In this document: positions 1 through 13,713 of the stretch, one piece after another
How the letters are laid out: every line of letters starts with the position of its first letter
How positions within the stretch are numbered: position 1 is the stretch's first letter
Assembly: GCF_009914755.1 (NCBI RefSeq)
Contig: NC_060929.1
DNA length: 64,000 nucleotides
Source of the DNA: the human T2T-CHM13v2.0 reference genome, Homo sapiens
Reading direction: 5' to 3' (one strand)
Notes under the pieces: model-generated
Told to the model about the DNA's origin: nothing
Database searches by the model: none
What the model saw: only the letters and a program-made list of their open reading frames with translations
Program-made: the position numbers and the translations under genes

Positions 1-169
1 GTGGTCTTCGCTGCTATTTCTGCTGATGCTGTTGCAGACAGATTTGTATCCAAGTCCTGGCTGGGATTTCCCCTCAGAGTTTCTTGAGTCTTGGACTGCC
101 CTAGGCATGTACATGTGTGCTAGGCCAAATCACATGTGTGCTAGATGGTGCTGAGTGTTATCTTCCATG

Positions 170-335
170 CTCAGGGATATGCTCCATTGCCCCATAGGAC
201 TTGATTTACAAACACAGTTTCAAAGATAATAATTATGAATTTCAAAATAGCAACAATGGAGTATTAAATCAAGGGTGGGGGGTCCCTTTTGAGAATGAAC
301 CCCGTGGAACTGCCCAGATTACGTGCCCCTAATGT
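170..335 (-). mobile_element. MER45-family hAT-Tip100 DNA transposon fragment
   Basis: ATGCTCCATTGCCCCATAGGACTTGATTTACAAACACAGTTTCAAAGATAATAATTATGAATTTCAA resembles the reverse complement of the MER45 5' region as recalled; boundaries approximate. Confidence 0.6.
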
Positions 336-439
336 GGTCAAATCTACTTACAGAGGTTGCTCATGTTCAGGTGCTATTTGATGCAGAAGTTTTATACCAG
401 GCTGTCATTTATTTTTCTAAATCTAACTTCTTTCATGTA

Positions 440-720
440 TTGGTTCCATCCATTGAATAGCTTCCTGCATGGTTGCAAAAATGGCTGTAGGTCTTCTAGG
501 TCTCTTGGCCATATATTACACAGTACAGACAAAAGAGTGTCTGTTCCATAATTCCCATTAAGTGTCCTGAGATTCTCACCAGTTACTCATGTTTGAGTTG
601 CATAATTGTTTACCTAGGGGATAGGCTATATGATTGGCTTAGTCAAGCTTGTATGCTTCACCGGTACAGTTAGTTTTCCTGGCTCCCAACATGGAAACTG
701 AGGATTACTGGGAAGTAGGA
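440..720 (-). mobile_element. Old MaLR LTR fragment (MLT1J/K/L-like)
   Basis: CATGGTTGCAAAAATGGCTG and TGATTGGCTTAG motifs typical of old MLT1; highly diverged. Confidence 0.35.
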
Positions 721-1142
721 CTTGATCCTGTGGGAGAAATCACAAATGTGCACTACAATATATTTCTTGAAATAATGACTGACTGGCTGGAACGCTTCAT
801 TCTGAGTGAAGGTCTGTAAATATGTCTCTTGTTTCCAAAATCTTAACTGGAATTGTAACTAATATTATATAAACTGCTGTCTAGATAATTACAATATGGC
901 AATTGTTAAAAAACTTTGTGATGAGAAAAACCTTATTGCCTTCTTAGGGATATTGGAAAATAAGTATTTGGGACTACATGTGCTGTTTTTGTTTTGTTTT
1001 GTTTTTGTTTTCTCTAGCACTGCTAGAGGAATAGATCTCAAAGGTTTGAATGACCAGTACTAATTCTTTTCTCAATATATGTATCTCTAAGGATATACAG
1101 GATTAAATACTGGCTTGATGTAACATGAGATTACATAATTTA

Positions 1143-1500
<358 letters not shown>

Positions 1501-2861
1501 TTATATATTTATCTAGAACACATACATTGAATAGTAAAACCAGGTATTGAATGAAGAAAAATTTATTTATTTGATTATTAAATAATGTGACATATAATTT
1601 AATTCATTCCCAAGGCATTTTTTTTTTTTTTTTTTACCATGAAAGCCACTAAAGTTTACCTTTGTGGGTTAAGTTATTCCTATAAAACAAAGATTAAGGA
1701 AGGTAAAATTTCACCCTTTCAATTTATTCTTGGTTTGTGTATTCAATTAACAAGACAGTAAATTACTACTGTTTGAGTCTGGCAACTAGCCATTAATTTT
1801 AATTGAAATGGTATTTTGCAAAATAAGCATGTAATTACACAAGGAGTGATGTTGATGTGATAAGAGAAGTAAGCTATAAAGAATGGTCATTATATATTTT
1901 AACATGCTAAAAGTTTTTCAAGTTAGCAGTTGGTAAAATTGCTAAGAATGTTATACCAAGTTCATCTGTTTCTTGGACAAATTTGAAGAATGTAAGTGCA
2001 GTTTAAAGATGCTTTAAATTTTTAAAAAAATTTTGATTGTGACAAGAATACTTAATATAAGACTTACCCTTTTAAACATTTAAGTGTACAATATAGTATT
2101 TTTGAATATAGGTACAGATACGTTGAAATTATTTATCTTGCTGAAATGAATTTTTTTGTCGATTGATTGTAATTCATCCTGTCCCCCCCACCATCCCCTG
2201 TAAATAACCATTTCACTCTTTGATTACATAAAATTAACAATTTTAGATATCCCATTTAAGTGGAATCATGCAGTATTTGCTTTGTGAGACTGGTTTATTT
2301 CATTTGGCATAATGTCTTTGTTTTACATGTGTTGTTGCATGTTTAAGAATTTTCTTCTTTTTTAAGGCTAAATAATGTTCAATTGCAGTGTACCCCACAT
2401 TTTCTTTATTCATTCATCTGTTGATGAACGTATGTTATTTTCATATCTTGGCTACTGTGAACATAGTTGCAATAAATATGGGAGCACTAATATCTCAACA
2501 CCCTGGTTTCAAACTCTTGGAGTAAATACCAGAACTGGTATTATTGGATCATATGGTAGTTCAATTTTTAAATGTTTGAAGCACTTTCATTGTATTTTAC
2601 ATGGAAGCTGCACCATTTTTCATTCCCACCATTAGTGTATGAGGGTTCCCTTTTCTCTGCACTCTCACCAACATTTGTCATCTTTCTCTTGTCTTTTAGA
2701 TAATGGTTATTCTTACAGATGTGAGGTGATATCTCTTTGTGATTTTGATTTGCATTTCCTGATGATTAGTGATGTTGAGAATTTTCCCATGTACTATTGG
2801 CTATTTGTATTTCTTCTTTGTAAAACTGTCTATCCAAGTCTTTGGCCCCTCCCCTATATTT

Positions 2862-3158
2862 GTTTTTCGTTTTCGTTTTTTTTTGAGATGGAGTCTTGCT
2901 CTGTTGCCCAGGCTGGAGTGCAGTTCAGTGGCGCGATCTCGGCTCACTGCAACCTCTGTTCCCAGGTTTAAGCAATTCTCCTGCCTTAGCCTCCTGAATA
3001 GCTGGGATTACAGGCGCGTGCCACCACACTTGGCTAAGTTTTTGTATTTTTAGTAGAGACGGGGTTTCACTGTGTTAGCCAGGTTGGTCTCAATCTCCTG
3101 ACCTCATGATCTGCCCGCCTCAGCCTCCCAAAGTGCTAGGATTACAGGCGTGAGCCAT
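2862..3158 (-). mobile_element. AluS (Sc-like)
   Basis: T-rich tail then antisense Alu ending GGCGTGAGCCA; lacks about 10 nt of the 5' end. Confidence 0.92.
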
Positions 3159-3317
3159 AGAGACAGAGTTTCACTGTGCTTCCCAGGCTGGAGTACAATG
3201 GCTATTCATAGGTGTGATTACAGCACACTGCAGCCTTAAACTCCTGGCCTCAAGGGATATTTTTGCCTCAGCCTTCTGAGTAGCTGGAATTATAGGTATG
3301 CTTCATCATGTCTGGCT
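3159..3317 (-). mobile_element. FAM fossil Alu monomer
   Basis: Single monomer keeping the 7SL-derived GGCTATTCA(T/C)AGG segment that dimeric Alus lack. Confidence 0.8.
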
Positions 3318-3805
3318 AGCCAAATTTTATTGGGTAATTACGTGATCTTTTACTATTGAGTTGAAGGAATTCCACATATATTTTGGAGATTAACCACATC
3401 TTAGATATATGGTGTGCAAATATATTTTCTTTCTATAGGTTTCCTTTTCACTCTGATAATCTCCTGCTATTATTTTGGTGGTGTATGTTATCCTCTTCAG
3501 TTCTGTCAATACTTACTTTATATATTTAGGTGCTATGATATTGGGAATATATATATTTATAATTTTTATATTTTCTTAATTTACCCTTCTGTTATTAAAT
3601 AATGATCTTTGTTTCTTTTCACAGTTTTTGACTTAAATTCTTTTTTATCTGATGTAAGTATTGCTACTTCTGCTTTCTTTTAGCTTCTATTTGTATGGAA
3701 TAGCTTTTTGCACTTTTTCTGTGTATGTTGTGTCTTCAAACTGAAATGAGTCTATTGTAGGCAGTGTATAGATGGGTCTTCTTTTATATCTATTATATGT
3801 CTTTT

Positions 3806-5213
3806 TGTGTCCGGAATTGGTGGGTTCTTGGTCTCACTGACTTCAAGAATGAAGCCGCGGACCCTCGTGGTGAGTATTACAGTTCTTAAAGGCAGCATGT
3901 CCGGAGTTTGTTCCTTCTGATGTTCAGATGTGTTCGGAGTTTCTTCCTTCTGGTGGGGTTCGTGGTCTCGCTGGCTCAGGAGTGAAGCTGCAGACCTTCC
4001 CGGTGAGTGTTACAGTGCTTAAGGCTGTGCCTCTGGAGTTGTTCGTTCCTTCCGGTCGGTTCGTGGTCCCGCTGGCTTCAGGAGTAAAGCTGCAGACCTT
4101 CGCAGTGAGTGTTACAGCTCATAAAGGCAGTGTGGACCCAAAGAGTGAGCAGCAACAGGATTTATTGCAAAGAGCAAAAGAACAAAGCTTCCACAGTGTG
4201 GAAGGGGACCCGAGCAGCTTGCCACTGCTGGATTGGGCAGCCTGCTTTTACTCTCTTATCTGGCCCCACCCACATCCTGCTGATTGGTAGAGCCGAGTGG
4301 TCTGTTTTGACAGGGCACTGATTGGTGTGTTTACAATCCCTGAGCTAGACACAAAGGTTCTCCACGACCCCACCAGATTAGCTAGATACAGAGTGTTGAA
4401 ACAAAGGTTCTCCAAGCCCCACCAGAGTAGCTAGATACAGAGTGTTGACTGGTGCATTCACAACCCTGAGCTAGACACAGGGTGCTGATTGGTGTGTTTA
4501 CAAACCTTGAGCTAGATACAGAGTGCCGATTGGTGTATTTACAATCCCTTACCTAGACATAAAGGTTCTCCAAGTTCCCACTAGACTCAGGAGCCCAGCT
4601 GGCTTCACCCAGTGGATCTCGCACTGGGGCTGCAGGTGGAGCTGCCTGCCAGTCCCGCGCCGTGCGCCCACACTCTTCAGCCCTTGGGTGGTGATGGGAC
4701 TGGGCGCCGTGGAGCGGGTGGGGGCGCTCATCGGGGAGGCTCCTGGTAGCACAGGAGCCCACGGAGGGGGTGGGAGGCTCAGGCATGGCGGGCTGCAGGT
4801 CCCGAGCCCTGCCCTGTGGGAAGGCAGCTAAGGCCCCGCGAGAAATCGAGCGCAGCGCTGCTGGGCTGGCACTGCTGGGGGACCCAGTACACCCTCCGCA
4901 GCTGCTGGCCTGGGTGCTAAGCCCCTCATGGCCCAGGCTGGCAGGGCTGGCCAGCTGCTCCGAGTGGGGGCCTGCCAAGCCCACGCCCACCCGGAACTCC
5001 AGCTGGCCCGCAAGCGCCGTGCGCAGCCTTGGTTCTCGCTGGCGCCTCTCCCTCCACACCTCCCTGCAAGCTGAGGGAGCCGGCTCTGGCCTTGGACAGC
5101 CCAGAAAGGGGCTCCCACAGTGCAGTGGTGGGCTGAAGGGCTCCTCAAGTGCCACCAAAGTGGGAGCCCTCGAGCAAGGGCTGTGAGGACTGCCAGCATG
5201 CTGTCACCTCTCC
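3806..5213 (-). mobile_element. Solo ERV9 LTR (LTR12C)
   Basis: Starts TGTGTCCGGAATTGGTGGGTTCTTGG and ends GCTGTCACCTCTC; internal GCTAGA(C/T)ACAG/ATTGG repeats at 4280-4575; GC/CpG-rich U3 at 4620-5200; TTTT (or CTTTT) on both flanks. Confidence 0.95.
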
Positions 5214-6909
5214 TTTTGACTGGACAGTCTAATCCATTTACTTTCAAGTGAATTAATAATTTTCTGCAGTGGTGTGCTTTCTTTCTCTTGATTTTTTTGT
5301 GCATCTACTATAGATTTTTGCTTTGTGGTTACCATGACACTTACATAAAATATCTTATGGTTAGCCTATTTTAAGCTGATAAAAACCTAACTTCAATCAC
5401 GTACAAAAACTGTACACTTTTACTCTACCTGTCTCATATTTTATGGTTTGGCGTCACAATTTACAACTCTTTATATTTCATACCCATTTAAAAATAGTGT
5501 AGCTATAGTTATTATTAATATTTTTGTCTTTTTACCCTTATACTAAGGATATGATTTATTTACGCACCATCATGACAGTATTAGAGTGTTCTGAATTTGA
5601 CTATATACTTACTTTTGCCAGTGAGTTTTATACTTTATATGTTTTCATGTTATTAATTAGTGTCATTTTATTTCAACTGGAAGAACCTTACTTAGCATTT
5701 CATATAATGAAGGTCTAGTGGTAATGAACTTCTCAGATTTTATCTGTAAAAGTCATTATTTCTCATTTATAGGACTGTTTTGCAGGGTAAAGTATTCTTG
5801 GTTGACAAGTTTATCTGTCTGCAATGTAAATATTTCATCTTACTTTTTCCTGGCTTGTAAATTTTCTGCTGAGAAGTCTATTGATAGCCTTATGGAGTTG
5901 CCCTCATTGCAAGGGATCCCTTTTCTCCTGATGCTTTCAAGATTCCCACTTTGTCTTCGATTTTTGACAGTTTGAGTGTATGTTTTGGTGAAGCTTTTTT
6001 GGAACTGAACTTGAGTTTCAATCTTTGAGCTTTATGTATCTCAATGTCCGCATTTGTCCCTGATTTGGAAAGTTCTTAGCCAGTCTTTATTTAAATAAAC
6101 TTTCTGCCCCTTTCTCTCTTGCTTCTTCTTCTGTATCTTCTATTATGTGAAATAGAGCTTTCTTGGTGGTGTGCATCAATCCCACAGGCTTTCTCCATTC
6201 TTTTTTGTTCTTTTATTTTTCCTCTGAATGAGTATTTTCAAATAACGTGTCTTTGAGCTCATAGGTTCTTCTTTCTCCTTGATTAAGTCTGCTGTTTACA
6301 GAATCTATTGCGTTTTCATTTCATTCATTGTATTATTCAACTCCAAAATATATTTTTGGTCCCTTTTAATGACTTCTATTTCATCATTAAACTTCTTTTG
6401 TTCTTGTATTAGTTTTTGTATTTTGTCGCATTGTCTATCTCTGTTCTCTCACAGCTTATTGAGCATCCTTAAAGCATTACTTTGAATGTTTTATAGGTAA
6501 TTCATAGATTTCCATTTCTTTGGGGTTGTTTGTTTACAAGATTTTACTTTGTTCCCTTGGTGATGTCAGGTTTCCATAGGATTTTGTGCACCTTGAAGTC
6601 TTGCCCTGCTGTTTTTGCATTTGAAGTAGGAGTCATCACCTCCAATCTTTAACAATTGTCTTCAGGAGAAAAACAACCTTACAAAACAACCCAGCTAGAG
6701 ATTCTGAGGCTTCTTAAACTCTATTCTGTTGTTTCACTTACTTTACGCTTTTTGTTCCCTCTTTGGGGTGTGGATTTCTTAAGGTTATATGTGTTCTACT
6801 GCATAGCCAGGACAAGAGTTGACAGCCTCCTATATGTTTTTTTTAGGGAAGTACCCCAAAATGCTCAAGTTTGTGTGCCTTTTCCCAGTCCTACAGATTC
6901 AAACCTTTT

Positions 6910-7470
6910 GTCTGTGGAGAAACCTGACAAACACTACCTTGCCAAAGTAACCAAGATTAACAATTAACAAATGATATTGACAGTGTGTACTCTTGAAATT
7001 ATATGATAGAATGTTACTTTACTCCTGTGTTCATCCTCCCTAAAAACCTACAATTTCAGTTTAATCATGAGAATAAACATCAGAAAAACCCAAATTGAGG
7101 GACATTCTACAAAACTTCTGGTCAGTATTCCTCAAGACTGCCTGGTCGTCAAAAAAAAGAAAAAAGCCTTAGAAAATGTTATAACCAAGAAGAGCCTAAT
7201 GAAACACAAGGATGAAATGTAATACGGTATCCTAAAACAGACACTAGGAAAACAAATCAAATTAAAAAGATACTAGGTAAGAACTTAGGAAATAAAATAT
7301 AGACTTTATTTGATAATATTTAATAATAATGGTTTATTGTGAAAAACTGTATTATATGAATGTAAAGTATTCATAATAACAAACTATGCATGGAATATGT
7401 GGGAATTCTCTACGTCACCCTTGCAACTTTTCAGTAAATCTAAATGTTTCAAAATAAAAAAAGAAAAAGT
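6910..7470 (+). mobile_element. L1MC3/MC4-like 3' end
   Basis: GGAGAAACCTGACAAACACTACCTT...AACCCAAATTGAGGGACATTCTACAAAA...GCAACTTTTCAGTAAATCTAAA, then an A-rich end. Confidence 0.75.
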
Positions 7471-9599
7471 TTATAAACAAAGTAAAACAGAAAACATAAA
7501 TAATATTCTCAATATATCAGAGAAAAATAAATGTCATACACAAGGGAGTAAACAAGAACAAATATTTAATGAATGCTAGAAAACTTGAAATTCCCTAAAT
7601 TTATTTATTTTAAAATTTTATGCTTTTATTATACTTAGTTTACTAAAATTTTATTTGAAAACACATTGATTCATTTTCTATAGTATAATGCCTCCCAATA
7701 ATTAAGGACTTTAGGACTATAGAACAGGTGAGGTGAGATATACATTTTGTACTGGCTTTCACCTTTTCATGCATTTACAATTACTATTAACATATTTCAA
7801 ATACTAGTGGCTACTCTGGGCATTCAAAAATGAATAATATGAATGTATTCTCTTATTGTAATGAATTGAATAATCTCACAGTCTAGTAAGAGAGATTAAT
7901 ACATAAACAGTGAGTTAGAGTGCAATGTGATATGTGCCAAGAAAGGACAAGGAAGGGAGTGTATAAATATTTTAGGCTTCAGAAAACTCAGGTTTATAAA
8001 ATCTCTGATAGCCCTATTACTTGCTTGATTGAGGTATGAAGTTACTATTACTCAAAACCCTGCTCTTTTGAAAGCCACTGATGTTTCAGCATTATTTCTT
8101 TATTATGCCATAATTTAATTTTTTTCTTAGTAAAGACATGGAATATTAATATTGAGACAATAGAAAAAAATTCAAGATTATGTATTACATCTTCCTAACT
8201 TACCCATAAGTCCCATGTAAAATGATATGAATCAAGTCATCTGTCCTATTTTTGAGCAAATTTAAGGATGGAAAGCCCAATATACTTTAGGATAGCCAAC
8301 TCCATTGTTGTAGCAACCCAGTTATTCCAAATTTTCTTCAAAAGTAACTCTTAATTTTGCTTTCAGTCATTTTTCATTTATTATAGACCTGCCTTTGTTT
8401 CTTCCAACCTTTAAATAGAGGGCATTAATAAAAGCATGAATGTAATTTAAAATTTTAATTACTTTGCAGGTACACATGGCAGAATCAATTTATAAACATC
8501 AATGAAAACATACTTTATACAGTTTTTAATGCATCACAAATTTAATAGCTATCATTTTAGTGGCATATCATTAAATATTATTTTCCCAACTTTTGGAAAG
8601 CATGTTTCGGTTTCTGTTACTAAAAAATGTAAAGACCTTCTCCATTTCAAGCATGAATTTTGATCTAATAGAAGTAAGTTAAAGCAAATGGAGTAGTTAA
8701 AAACATGCCTTTATCTTACCTGAAAACTTCATTGAATAATATGCATAGATTTTAAACATATCATTAGAAAACATTGTCATTAGGGATATGGTATAGAAAG
8801 ATACATTTAGATGTATATCTAGCTATCAAAGAATGTAGAATAATATTCCTCTTGTTAAATTTGTTATGAAAAGAAAAGAATAAAACCAATACTGTGTGAC
8901 ATTGAGATTTTATAAGTGTTAAACAGTAATGAAAATATTAGCAAAAAGAAATAGTGTAAGCAATTTTATACATGCTTTCGCATAATGTTTGTAGTGTTCA
9001 TACCACATTGAATGTTAAATTATCCGGATAAAAAATTTATTCAATTTCTGTAAGATTAAAAGTAAATTATTTTTGTTCCTAATTTGATGTAATGTTGATT
9101 CCTAACATTGGCCAGCCTCTTCTGTATTCCTGAGGGTTGAACTGAAGAATTTCAAATGTGAATGATAAAATACAAATAATTCTATTCATGTACTTCTACT
9201 AATACAAGTTAAAATTATTTTATTCTCTTCTTTTCTCATTGCTGTCTTGACAAACTTCTATGTATTTTGAACTCCGTCTTTTTTTCACATAAATGATTGA
9301 TTACTTTAATGTACCTAAAATTATGCTTAATTTAGTTGCAACTATATTTAATATAAATGTAGACTTTTATCCCCAACCAAATTTACTTTTGTTGGCCTTA
9401 CATTATTCACTGCAAGGGATACAGATATCTGTCTTACAAAATATCTTACAGTGAACCTTGGAAATGATCTATACAGTACAACAAAGACTAAATAAAATAA
9501 AAAGGGTAAAAGGTGTATAGTTTAAATCATTTTATCTATCTATCTATCTAGCTGATATTTATGAATATAATAGCATTTTAAAATGATTGCTATTGGATT

Positions 9600-11094
9600 T
9601 CCTGTTTCTAGTATGTCATGTAAGGAGCTTAGAAGTTGCCAATCCATTTTACAAACATGTAAAAAAATTAAAAAATATTGAAAAATCAACATTTCTTCTT
9701 AGACCCCTAAGAGAAATGAGGTCACAAGGCAAAAGGCTGCCCCCAAAATTAGAGAGATAAACAGGCAAAAACAAAGAGAGAATCACAATTTACTAGAGCA
9801 GAAACCTCTGTGGGAGTCACTGCTAGTAGAAAAACCTAAACTGTAACTAACAAATGCTGGAGGCTTGGTGTGAAAAAAACTAAAAGATAAACACTCTAGG
9901 GTGACCCAGTCATCAGGGACCCCTGACAGTTTTGTGAGTTTTAACTCCTGGAGTGCTACCAGGTTCTCATAGTGAACAGCACAGAAAAACAGCAGAGAAA
10001 ATTCCCTCATGTTTCTGGCAGGTGACAGAAGAGGACCCATCTTGAAATATACCATAGCATTCTGTTCTTCTTAACAAGATTGACCCTGAGGAGAAACTAT
10101 TTAACCAAGGCCTGACCTACTTAAGTTTTATTAGAGCCTAACTGACCTGAAGGAAGGGAATTACCCAAGTCTACACAACTCTAGTCTTTCATGTGTAGGA
10201 AGGGAAATATCAAATTTTAGGTCCACTACCCTTCCACAGGGGAGAATGGAAAACCTAATTCCAATCCACTCTAGCTATCCTTTTCTACCTAAAGGAGGGT
10301 GGTAACTGAGAGGCAATGATGACATTCACAGCCCAGAGGCACAGGCACAATAAAAAAATGAGAAATAATCATAGGGCTATAAAATGCTCCCCTTCCCCCA
10401 CAACTTACCGTGACATTACTAAATTCCAATTTAGAGCCATTCCTTTTGCCAGTGGATTATGTGTGGCAATCAAAATAAAATTATAAGGCATAGTAAAAGG
10501 CAAAACAAAATGAAACAGTTTGAAGAGAGAGAGCCAGCATCAGAACCAGACTCAGATATGGCTGGTATTTTGGAATTAACAAATAATTTAAAGCAACTAT
10601 GATTAATATGCTAAAGACACTAATGGATAAAGTAGACAATGTTCAAGAACAGATGGGCAATGTAAGCAGACAGATGGAAATTCTGAGAAGGAACCAAAAA
10701 GAAATGGAAGAGAGCAAAAACAATGTAATAGAAATGAAGAATGCTTTTAATGGGCTTGCAAGTAGATGGACACAACTAAGGAAAAATCTCTAGCTTGAAG
10801 CTATCTCTATAGAAACCTTTAAAACTAAAAAGTAATGAGAAAAAAAAAAGAATGAAAACAAACAACAAATCAGAACAGAATATCCAAGAACTATGGGGCA
10901 ATTACAAAAGGTGTAATGTATGTGTGATGAGAATACCAAAAGGGGAGTAAAGAAAGAAAGCAACAGAAGAAATACATGGAACAATAATGATTGAGAATTT
11001 CCCCAAATTAATGTTACACACCAGACCATGCTGGAAGTTGAAAGAACATCAAGTAAAAAAATGACACCCAGATACGTTGTATGTAAACTACACA
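9600..11094 (+). mobile_element. Old L1 (L1MC-like) 5'UTR and ORF1 relic
   Basis: ORF 10599-10793 (MINMLKTLMDKVDNVQEQMGNVSRQMEILRRNQKEM) resembles the L1 ORF1p coiled coil; GAGAATTTCCCCAAATTAAT ORF1 motif. Confidence 0.75.
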
Positions 11095-11311
11095 GCTTGT
11101 GTTTCTTTTATATTTTGCATATTAATTCCATATCAGATGTATAGCTTGAAAATATTTTTTACCCTTCTGTAGGTTGTCTCTTCATTCTGTTCATTCTTTT
11201 CTTGCCTTTCAGGAGCTCATTAGTTAAATGTAATCCCATTTACTTTTGCTTTTGTTATTTGTGTTTTCTGGGGTCATATAAAAAATTATTGCCTACACCA
11301 ATGGTAAAAAG
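11095..11311 (-). mobile_element. Antisense L1 ORF2 fragment, left half of a split element
   Basis: TTCTGTAGGTTGTCTCTTCATTCTGTT...ATTGCCTACACCAATG; the L1 consensus continues at about 17952. Confidence 0.75.
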
Positions 11312-11323
11312 GATTTTTTTTAT

Positions 11324-11685
11324 TGTAGAAGGTTCTCAGGTCTCCCATTTATTTTGTCTCTCAAATTTTAGGAATCTCCTCCTTTAATTAACCCATCAAC
11401 CTCTAATGGCAAGAATTTGAAAAAGTAAATTTATACTCAGACTTTATTTTAACAGAGAAGCCAGAAGTTGCAGCTCAATGCACCATGAAGCTGAGACAGA
11501 AATGGAGATCCCCCAGCCCCACCTCTCTGGAACAGGAAAGATGAATGAGGAAGAAACACAGGGCAGTATGGGGAAGAGGGTCATGGCGGACATGGGGGTA
11601 GTGGGCTGGTCTCCCCACCTTCTCATATTATGCTAACAGGGACAAAGACACATTCAGACTCCTTTAAATAGCCTTTTCCCATTCT
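11324..11685 (-). mobile_element. LTR-like segment, family unassigned
   Basis: On the minus strand: TATTTAAAGG (11661-70), AATAAA (11443-48) and terminal CA (11324), the order expected for an LTR R/U5 region. Confidence 0.4.
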
Positions 11686-13713
11686 GTTTCAAGATGGGTG
11701 ACAAGAGACATCAGACACCCACCCTCCCCGGTAAAAGAAGCAAAATTATAAATGCATAATCATATCTCTAATAGAACATCTAGGACGGAACACTAGAGAC
11801 CAATGACAAAGTCATGGAAAACACCCAAGACACAGAAGGAGAAAAAAAGCAAGGGGCCAGCTTGGCTGAGATTGGCTGGGAGCCTGAAGGGGCTTGGTAT
11901 TGTGTGAAAAGCCTCAGTGAAGGAGTTTCAGTGGTTCACATACCCAGTATGGACTTCTGCAATCTGAACCATGGGAAAACTCCTTTAACCTAATGAACTG
12001 TGACACTAGCATGGGTGGTGACTTGGAGACCACACAAGGCCATAGCATCAGAGAACTTATACAGGGTTACTCAACCCCTTGCCAAGACCTGAGTGCTGTG
12101 GCAAGGCACCACTTGGGGAGCACAGCCATCACAGGACTACATCCAGCCCCCTTATCTCCACATCCTAGAAGATCCTGCTGACATTTCCCAGTGTCCACCT
12201 GGAGGACTATAGTGGCATTGCACTGGCTAGACCCAAAGATGTTGCATGTCCCCAGGACTCTAGCTCACAGGGATTACTACCCACTGTTGAAAGGACAGTG
12301 CAACACACAAAAAAATGGTAGCCCATGGGACAAGGGAAACCAAAGTATGTGCTTCCCAGAGTCTGAGAGGTCTCTGTCTGGGACTATGAGAAGTTACTCT
12401 GCCCTCAACAGTTGCACAAACTCTGTGCCCAGTTTTATAAGCAGAGAGTAAATTCTCCTACCACTGGCAGAGCAGCCTCTGCACTAAGGCTCAGAAGTAG
12501 AGAAGTAGAGACTAGGACTTCTCCGCCTCAAAACACCCAACTAGTGTCTCTGCCAGATGCTTTAGCAAGTGAGCTGGAGGGCTGCCTATTTGGGGTGCCA
12601 CAGAGAGCAGGAGCTCTGTGTCCTGCAGCATGTCTGGAGTTGTGGGCAGTAACCCCACACTGCAGCCACCACTTAAATCAGCCTGCATCACTTGGGTCCA
12701 AGAGGGTCATACCACCACTAGCACTGCTGTAACCCACACCATGCTGGCTGCCCAGGGACCTGAGCACCAGCCCACCCACTTGGCCCACCACCGCCATGAC
12801 TAGAATTCATGCAAGCCACCTGGAATCAGCCCACTGGTAACCACCAACACAAGTTCTCCTGTGCACTGCCTTTGGGCACAAAGATAGGCATGCTCAGGCC
12901 ACCTCTGCAACCACCAGGACCTGAAGACTGGACCACGTGGCTTCCTAGTCCTTAGCACAACCTTATCATAGCCTTCAATAATAACCACACTCTAACCCTC
13001 TGAGGAAATCACAGAAAGCACTAATGCTGTTTACAGCTAAGTACATCTTACAGAGACTGTACCAGTACAGACACCCAGAATTAAAGCCAAAGTGCTTAAT
13101 CCAACCAACACCACCAATACATCTTCAGAAAAATGTCCTCTATGAAAGTAAATTCAGAAACAAGAATCAACTGTTACACTAGATATGCAGATATCAATGT
13201 AAAGACACAGAAAACATTTTAAAAAGCAAGGAAATATGACACTTCCAAAAGAACACAATGATTCTTTAGCAGTAAATTCTTAACAAAAAAGGAATTTTTG
13301 AAAAACAATTCAAAATATGAATTTTTAAGAAGCCCAGTGAGATATAAGAGAATTCTGAAAAAAAATACAAATAAATCATCAAAACGATTCAGTATATGAA
13401 TGAGAAATTTAACAAAGTGATAGATATTTTTAAAAGAACCAAATGGAAACTCTTGAACTAAAGAATTATTTGAAGGAAATACAAAATACACTTGAAAGAT
13501 TAAATAATAGACTAGATCAGGCAGAAGAAAGAATCCCAGAACTTGAAGACAGGTCTTTTGAAATAATTTTGACAGACAAAAATAAAGAAAATAGCTTACA
13601 AAGAATGAGCAAAGCCTTTCTGACATTTAGAACAACATAAAGTAATTTAATATTACAATTATTGGGATCACTGAGAATGAAGAGACAAAGGAAGGATTAG
13701 AAAACCTATTTAA

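Larger units (their letters stand above)
2020..6900 (-). mobile_element. Old L1M (L1MA/MB-age) relic, internally deleted and interrupted by Alu+FAM and LTR12C
   Basis: Antisense 3'UTR and ORF2 end at 2020-3460, jump to the endonuclease region near 3465, continues after the LTR (GTCTTTT|GACTGGACAGTCTAATCCATTTAC), ORF1-like sequence at about 5700-6650. Confidence 0.8.

Noticed and set aside
3159-3317. 7SL RNA gene
   Set aside because: Lacks most of the S domain and is heavily decayed; fits FAM.
4523-5304. Overlapping 100-201 aa ORFs on both strands
   Set aside because: They lie in the GC-rich U3 of LTR12C, where stop codons are scarce; no protein family signature.
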